Origin: a virus
Lineage: Duplodnaviria; Caudoviricetes
IMG/VR virus record: IMGVR_UViG_3300030708_003228
Coordinates: 1 to 42,757 of that record
Length of the DNA: 42,757 bases
Direction: 5' to 3' (one strand)
Below the pieces are notes generated by a model, which was not told where the DNA came from, ran no database searches, and saw only the letters and a list, made by a program, of their open reading frames with translations. The position numbers and the translations under genes were made by a program. This document shows positions 37,976 through 42,757 of the stretch, in pieces (the stretch's first letter is position 1; each line of letters opens with the position of its first letter).

Positions 37976-38198
37976 TACTTTGGCGCATCGTTTTAAAAAA
38001 ATTGAACCGACACATCATGTTACTAAAGAAGAAGTGCAGGAAATGATCGATGCAGCAATTCGTAAACACAATCGTAATGCCTCAATTATTTCTATGTGTG
38101 TCGGTTGGGTTGTTCTTGCTCTTTTTGCTGAAGGTCTCTTACGGCTCATCGGAGTGATTCCCCCCGTATTTCCATGGATCAATCTGACATTGAATTAA
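37968..38198 (+). CDS. Small membrane protein
   Basis: ATG at 37968 overlaps the previous stop; IISMCVGWVVLALFAEGLL TM. Confidence 0.7.
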   Translation: MFSTLAHRFKKIEPTHHVTKEEVQEMIDAAIRKHNRNASIISMCVGWVVLALFAEGLLRLIGVIPPVFPWINLTLN

Positions 38199-38356
38199 TT
38201 GGTGTAATTTTTGCTTTAATTTTTGCAGCCACAATGTTTTATCAGGGAACCATGATAATGCATCAAAGCAGGGGTTACTCACAAAAATATATAAAGAGAG
38301 ACCTTGCAAGGATGCGTCAAAGGGTCGAAGAGGTGCTACATGATAGAAAAGATTAA
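38174..38356 (+). CDS. Small single-TM protein
   Basis: IELIGVIFALIFAATMFY TM; overlaps both neighbours. Confidence 0.7.
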   Translation: MDQSDIELIGVIFALIFAATMFYQGTMIMHQSRGYSQKYIKRDLARMRQRVEEVLHDRKD

Positions 38357-38849
38357 CAGATTTGCCCTATCAATCACAATTTCAATTATTGATTATCTTT
38401 ATAGGGGTAGGTTTTTTCAACGTTTTTGGGTGCTTGAGGAGATTGCTCGGGCACCCTATTTTGCATTTTTAAGTGTATTGCATTTGCGTGAATCTCTAGG
38501 TTTGCGTGGCCAAGAACACATAGATCTTATGATTCAACATTTCGAGCAGAGCGTCAATGAAACAGAACATCTGGAATATATGGAAAGTCGGGGTGGTAAT
38601 GCTTATTGGATCGATCGTTTTTTTGCCAGACACCTCGTCCTTATCTATTATTGGATCAACGTGGTTTATTATTGGGTGGCTCCTCGCGCTGCATACCATC
38701 TGTCTTATGAAATAGAACTTCATGCTGCATTGACTTATGCTCACTACCTCCAGTATCAAGACTGGAACGATAAAAAAATCTGGGAAATTATGAACGACGA
38801 GATACAACACTTCCAAGAATTACAAACAGCAATGGAGATGATTAAATGA
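38340..38849 (+). CDS. ptox: Plastoquinol terminal oxidase (PTOX, AOX-family di-iron protein)
   Basis: RFWVLEEIARAPYFAFLSVLHLRESLG, NETEHL, ELHAALTY, DEIQH ligand motifs; ATG at 38340 with GAGG Shine-Dalgarno. Confidence 0.93.
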   Translation: MIEKINRFALSITISIIDYLYRGRFFQRFWVLEEIARAPYFAFLSVLHLRESLGLRGQEHIDLMIQHFEQSVNETEHLEYMESRGGNAYWIDRFFARHLVLIYYWINVVYYWVAPRAAYHLSYEIELHAALTYAHYLQYQDWNDKKIWEIMNDEIQHFQELQTAMEMIK

Positions 38850-39904
38850 AAGTAGGGATTATTGGATTGGGAAGAATGGGTGAGGGTATGTCCCGTCGCC
38901 TTATCAAACACGGCCACGAAGTCTGGGGTTACAGGAACAATTATGCAAAAGCTCAAGAACAATTTGAAAAGGGTTATATCAGTGGATGTACCACTTCTTT
39001 GGAAAGCCTTGTTCAAGTAGTGCATGAAGGCAAAGCAATCTACGGCGAGAAGTCAGGTGAGACAATGTACATGCCTGGTGTCTTCATGATGGTTGTACCA
39101 GCAGAAACAGTAGAGGATACCATCAATGACTTACTACGATATTGTCGTCAAGGCGATATTATTATTGATCATGGCAATAGCAATTTTAAGGACAGTAGGA
39201 GACGGGCAGAACGCCTTGCAAAACTTGGCATCGCGTATATTGACTGTGGTACTAGTGGTGGTGTTTACGGTCTGGAGCGTGGATACTGTCTTATGGTTGG
39301 TGGCGGAGATACTGCGGTCGCCGCTTGTGCTCCAATTTTTAACGCACTCTCCCCAGGAATCGCTGGCGCCCCAAGAACTAAACCTGGCGATTTTGTAAGA
39401 CAATCGGAGACTGGTTGGTTACATTGTGGTGGCCCTGGATCAGGGCACTTTGTAAAGATGGTTCATAATGGAATTGAATATGGAATCATGCAAGCATACG
39501 CAGAAGGATTTAATATCCTGCATGAAGCTAATGCTGGGAGCAAGTACGTCAAAGCAGGTGATGCTGAGGTGGCTCCGATGGAGAATCCAGAAGATTACTG
39601 CTACGATATTGACGTTGCTGAAGTGGCTGAGTTATGGCGCCGCGGTTCTGTGGTTGGCAGCTGGTTACTTGATCTTACCGCTGATGTTCTTAGGAACGAT
39701 CGAGAGCTTAGCAAATTCGATGGGGGAGTTAGCGATAGTGGTGAGGGTCGTTGGACTGTTCACGCTGCTGTGGATCTTGGCGTACCCGCTCCTGTTATCT
39801 CTAGCGCTCTCTATGAACGTTTTGGTTCACGCCGTCTTGGTGCTTTCGCGTCCAAGGTTCTAAATGGTATGCGTGCTATGTTTGGGGGGCATGATGTTAG
39901 GTGA
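38846..39904 (+). CDS. gnd: 6-phosphogluconate dehydrogenase (short form)
   Basis: GIIGLGRMG, IIIDHGNS, DCGTSGG, GHFVKMVHNGIEYG.MQAYAEG, DSGEGRW, MRAMFGGH. Confidence 0.97.
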   Translation: MKVGIIGLGRMGEGMSRRLIKHGHEVWGYRNNYAKAQEQFEKGYISGCTTSLESLVQVVHEGKAIYGEKSGETMYMPGVFMMVVPAETVEDTINDLLRYCRQGDIIIDHGNSNFKDSRRRAERLAKLGIAYIDCGTSGGVYGLERGYCLMVGGGDTAVAACAPIFNALSPGIAGAPRTKPGDFVRQSETGWLHCGGPGSGHFVKMVHNGIEYGIMQAYAEGFNILHEANAGSKYVKAGDAEVAPMENPEDYCYDIDVAEVAELWRRGSVVGSWLLDLTADVLRNDRELSKFDGGVSDSGEGRWTVHAAVDLGVPAPVISSALYERFGSRRLGAFASKVLNGMRAMFGGHDVR

Positions 39905-40022
39905 ATTTCTTCTATGGATCTCAATACCGTTTGTATGTGCCACCCTCGCATTTGGAAGATTTAAGGGTGAAATATCGTATTACGACTCGGAGGACTACAA
40001 AGGAAATGGAACCGCCCACTGA
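39891..40022 (+). CDS. ndhP: NDH-1 small subunit NdhP homologue (43 aa; not in ORF track)
   Basis: Read by hand: MMLGEFLLWISIPFVCATLAFGRFKGEISYYDSEDYKGNGTAH*. Single TM plus the NdhP C-terminal signature YD[ST]xxYxGNG[ST]AH. Confidence 0.85.
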   Translation: MMLGEFLLWISIPFVCATLAFGRFKGEISYYDSEDYKGNGTAH

Positions 40023-41349
40023 AATTTTGACATATCAAATTGTAATCTTTGGTGCTGCTGGTGATCTTGCAAAGAAAAAACTTATTCCTGCTCTTTACAA
40101 GCTTCATCAAAAAAATTTATTACCAACCAATTTAATAATTACTGGTACATCTCGTAGAGAACTTCGTAAAGAAACTTGGATTGAACAGTTGGGTGATTAC
40201 CCAGAAGATTTTTTACATCGTCTTGAATGGGTTACTGCAGATTTAGATAATCCTGGAAGTTTGGAAAATCTTCCAGACTGTGATGACACTACTTATTTCT
40301 TGTCCGTACCACCAGAACGTTATGAGAATGCTATCATCAATCTCAAAGGATCAGGCCTCCTCGACGACCCAGAAACCTCCCGTGTTGTTATTGAGAAACC
40401 CTTTGGGTACGATCTTAAATCTGCTAATCATCTACAGTCTGTGGTGGAGCGACATCTACGCGAAAAACAAGTTTATCGCATTGACCATTATCTTGGTAAA
40501 GATACTGTCAACAATATTCTTGCTACTCGCTTTGGGAATATTCTTCTTGAACCACTTTGGAACAGGGAGTATATAGAAGAGGTTCAAATTTATGCGACCG
40601 AAACTATTGGTTGTGAAGGTAGATCTCAATACTATGAAACGGCCGGAGTCGTTCGTGACATGTTGCAGAATCACATGTTGCAGGTTCTTGCACTCATCGC
40701 TATGGAAGCACCTTGTCGTATGGAGGCGAAAGAAATTCGCAGAGAAAAAGTAAAAGTTCTTTCTGCAACTCGACTTGGCCATAAACTTGTCACTGGTCAA
40801 TATGAGGGATACCGAGATGAACAAGGTGTGGGTCCAGAGTCAATGACACCTACTTTTGTTGCAGGTGATCTTTATATTGATAACTGGAGATGGAAAGGTG
40901 TTCCATTTCATTTTATGACTGGTAAGAAAATGCCTTATCAGTGTGTTGAAGTTGTTATCAAACTCAAAGCACCTCCACTGAGTTTGTTTGAAGGTGAGGC
41001 TAATGATAGGATCGTTATTCGTCTTCAACCACATGCTCACCTTGATATTCAAATTGATGTCAAGTCTCCTGGACTAGGTGATTCAGTTGAACTTGCAACG
41101 TTGACACATCGATATCCTGACTGGTTAGGTGTTGATGGATATGAAAAACTTCTTTATGATGCGATTGAAGGAGATCAATCACATTTTGTTCATTCTGAAG
41201 AGGTATTAGAATCGTGGAGAATCGTTGATGATCTTCTGTGTACAGGAGATAAGTGTCCTGTAAGAACTGCACCTTACATTTACCATGAAGGATTATGGGG
41301 TCCACTCCACAAAACGGAACAAATAACTAATTGGGATTATCCAGCATGA
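40006..41349 (+). CDS. zwf: Glucose-6-phosphate 1-dehydrogenase (start reassigned to 40006)
   Basis: IVIFGAAGDLAKKKLIPAL, RVVIEKPFG.D, YRIDHYLGK, RDMLQNH, RWKGVPF...GK. Confidence 0.96.
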   Translation: MEPPTEILTYQIVIFGAAGDLAKKKLIPALYKLHQKNLLPTNLIITGTSRRELRKETWIEQLGDYPEDFLHRLEWVTADLDNPGSLENLPDCDDTTYFLSVPPERYENAIINLKGSGLLDDPETSRVVIEKPFGYDLKSANHLQSVVERHLREKQVYRIDHYLGKDTVNNILATRFGNILLEPLWNREYIEEVQIYATETIGCEGRSQYYETAGVVRDMLQNHMLQVLALIAMEAPCRMEAKEIRREKVKVLSATRLGHKLVTGQYEGYRDEQGVGPESMTPTFVAGDLYIDNWRWKGVPFHFMTGKKMPYQCVEVVIKLKAPPLSLFEGEANDRIVIRLQPHAHLDIQIDVKSPGLGDSVELATLTHRYPDWLGVDGYEKLLYDAIEGDQSHFVHSEEVLESWRIVDDLLCTGDKCPVRTAPYIYHEGLWGPLHKTEQITNWDYPA

Positions 41350-41474
41350 GAGTTACCATACATGAGTATCTACTAGCATTCTGCATAGGATTCGCATGTA
41401 TGTTTGTCCTTGCACAGGATGAGATTGATAGATTCAAAGGTTGTCCTATACCAGAGTATTTTAGAGAAAAATGA
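41346..41474 (+). CDS. Micro-protein with TM (42 aa; not in track)
   Basis: MRVTIHEYLLAFCIGFACMFVLAQDEIDRFKGCPIPEYFREK*; ATGA overlaps at both ends. Confidence 0.7.
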   Translation: MRVTIHEYLLAFCIGFACMFVLAQDEIDRFKGCPIPEYFREK

Positions 41475-41632
41475 TACACAAAATTGGGCATTTTGCAGCC
41501 TGGACACTAAATAATCCATATACTCTTGGAACACTATCATTATTGTTAGTGTTTGTTCCTGTTATTGGTATCTGGGCAATCCACAAATTCAACTGGCAGC
41601 ACTGGGAACCATTTTCAAAGAAACATGAGTGA
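41471..41632 (+). CDS. Micro-protein with TM (53 aa; not in track)
   Basis: MIHKIGHFAAWTLNNPYTLGTLSLLLVFVPVIGIWAIHKFNWQHWEPFSKKHE*. Confidence 0.75.
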   Translation: MIHKIGHFAAWTLNNPYTLGTLSLLLVFVPVIGIWAIHKFNWQHWEPFSKKHE

Positions 41633-41753
41633 AGAAGAAAAAAGGGAATTTTACAAATCATTGAGAGAACGGGTGTATCAACTTCGGATGGCACACCTGT
41701 TTGAAGAACCTTGTCCATTGTATGAACCTGAGGAGGACAATGAACACTACTAA
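41625..41753 (+). CDS. Acidic micro-protein (42 aa)
   Basis: ATG at 41625 in track ORF 41553..41753: MSEEEKREFYKSLRERVYQLRMAHLFEEPCPLYE... Confidence 0.7.
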   Translation: MSEEEKREFYKSLRERVYQLRMAHLFEEPCPLYEPEEDNEHY

Positions 41754-41949
41754 ACTAATTCTGTGTTTTTTGCCTCTAGGTGTCATATATGTCGTAATGA
41801 AATTTGCCGTTTGGATTTCTGCCGTTAATGCTGAATCGGATTATGTCAGAAAAGAACCTCTACGAAAACGAGGACCCTTTGTGGAGAATCCATATGCAGA
41901 CGTTGATGAAGAGGAGGAGGAGTATGGAGATCGCACAGATTATAGATAA
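41740..41949 (+). CDS. Small N-terminal-TM protein (69 aa)
   Basis: GAGGAGGA before the ATG at 41740; LILCFLPLGVIYVVMKFAVWI TM; acidic tail. Confidence 0.75.
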   Translation: MNTTKLILCFLPLGVIYVVMKFAVWISAVNAESDYVRKEPLRKRGPFVENPYADVDEEEEEYGDRTDYR

Positions 41950-42070
41950 TGCTCTAGAAGAGCATTATTCTGAATTGGGGTTACCTGTTCCCAATTGGAA
42001 AAGACAAAAAGATCCACAATGGTGGATTGATTATCTCAATGAATTAGAAATCGATCCAAACAACCCATGA
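41924..42070 (+). CDS. Micro-protein (48 aa)
   Basis: GAGGAGGAGG before the ATG at 41924: MEIAQIIDNALEEHYSELGLPVPNWK... Confidence 0.7.
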   Translation: MEIAQIIDNALEEHYSELGLPVPNWKRQKDPQWWIDYLNELEIDPNNP

Positions 42071-42267
42071 ATTCCGACCCAGCATATACAGTAGATTTGT
42101 CTATAGATGACATACGGATTTTATACAAGTCCGTATGTTTTCATTTTGAAAAGTGGCCGGGAGGCGATCCCACCGAACAACAATATTTGACGTACATGAA
42201 AGATTGTTTATATAGAATGATACTTGATTATCAGTTCCATGAACCTTCTCCTCCGACCACTGAATGA
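42067..42267 (+). CDS. Hypothetical protein (66 aa)
   Basis: ATGA coupling; WPGGDP.EQ motif. Confidence 0.7.
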   Translation: MNSDPAYTVDLSIDDIRILYKSVCFHFEKWPGGDPTEQQYLTYMKDCLYRMILDYQFHEPSPPTTE

Positions 42268-42382
42268 TGTAAATGATGTTACTTGGAGTATTGTAATATC
42301 ACTTGTGTTATTATTGATGGGTGTGGCTTACTACATATATACGATAATGCAGTTGGCCTACAAAGAATTAGACGATGAGTGA
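42239..42382 (+). CDS. Single-TM micro-protein (47 aa; not in track), possibly NdhQ-like
   Basis: MNLLLRPLNDVNDVTWSIVISLVLLLMGVAYYIYTIMQLAYKELDDE*; bridges the previous gene and gp17. Confidence 0.7.
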   Translation: MNLLLRPLNDVNDVTWSIVISLVLLLMGVAYYIYTIMQLAYKELDDE

Positions 42383-42757
42383 GGTTTATCTTGGCAACCC
42401 GAATCTTAAAAAGGCCAACACGGCGATTGAGTTCACAAAGGATCAGATCGAAGAATTTATTAAGTGTAAAGAAGATCCTGTCTACTTCGCTAAGAATTAC
42501 ATTCGCATTGTTTCTCTGGATAAAGGTCTTGTTCCTTTTGAACCTTATAAGTTCCAGGAAAAATTAATTAATAGGTTTCATGAAAACAGATTTAATATCT
42601 GTATGATGCCTCGACAGACTGGTAAGTCTACTACATCGGTATCTTATCTGTTGCACTACATTGTATTCAATGACAGTGTAAACGTTGGTATTCTGGCCAA
42701 CAAAGCGTCTACTGCGAGAGAACTTCTCAGTAGATTACAACTTGCATATGAGAACCT
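42375..42757 (+). CDS. gp17: Terminase large subunit gp17 (3'-truncated; not in track)
   Basis: MSEVYLGNPNLKKAN...KCKEDPVYFAKNYIRIVSLDKGLVPF...Walker A MPRQTGKST...ILANKASTARELL. Confidence 0.97.
   Translation, partial: MSEVYLGNPNLKKANTAIEFTKDQIEEFIKCKEDPVYFAKNYIRIVSLDKGLVPFEPYKFQEKLINRFHENRFNICMMPRQTGKSTTSVSYLLHYIVFNDSVNVGILANKASTARELLSRLQLAYEN

Noticed and set aside
39901-40005. GTG start and 35-aa extension of zwf
   Set aside because: Not G6PDH-like; the region encodes ndhP in another frame.
42379-42567. 62-aa track ORF
   Set aside because: Alternative frame of gp17, which starts at 42375 and runs off the window.
1-42757. tRNA, rRNA, CRISPR array, intron, intein, homing endonuclease or IS element
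   Set aside because: Intergenic gaps are all under ~80 nt and no such motifs or regularly spaced repeats were recognised; by-eye inspection could miss a divergent intein.

Overview
This window is part of a T4-like marine cyanophage (cyanomyovirus) genome, almost all on the + strand. It runs from the 3' end of a glycosyltransferase-like gene and ferredoxin (petF), through the late baseplate/neck/tail block (gp25, gp6, a 3880-aa gp7, gp8, a 2513-aa VrlC/DUF4815-type protein, a tail-fibre-like gene, gp13, gp14, gp15) and the small terminase gp16. A ~10 kb accessory island then separates gp16 from the large terminase gp17, which starts at 42375 and runs off the end. The island has three parts. 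(i) A seven-gene envelope-targeted module: four + strand membrane proteins converge on a three-gene - strand operon of signal-peptide proteins with its own late promoter. It is a candidate undescribed secretion/fibre or lysis system. (ii) A 530-aa ORF that looks like a prohead-protease-processed polyprotein of small basic domains. (iii) A gap-free run of redox AMGs (PTOX, gnd, an ndhP gene missing from the ORF track, zwf) and micro-proteins, one resembling NdhQ. Seven T4-type late promoter motifs (N[AC]TAAATA) lie at gene boundaries. No tRNA, rRNA, CRISPR array or mobile element was recognised. All family calls come from motif recognition and synteny, not database searches.
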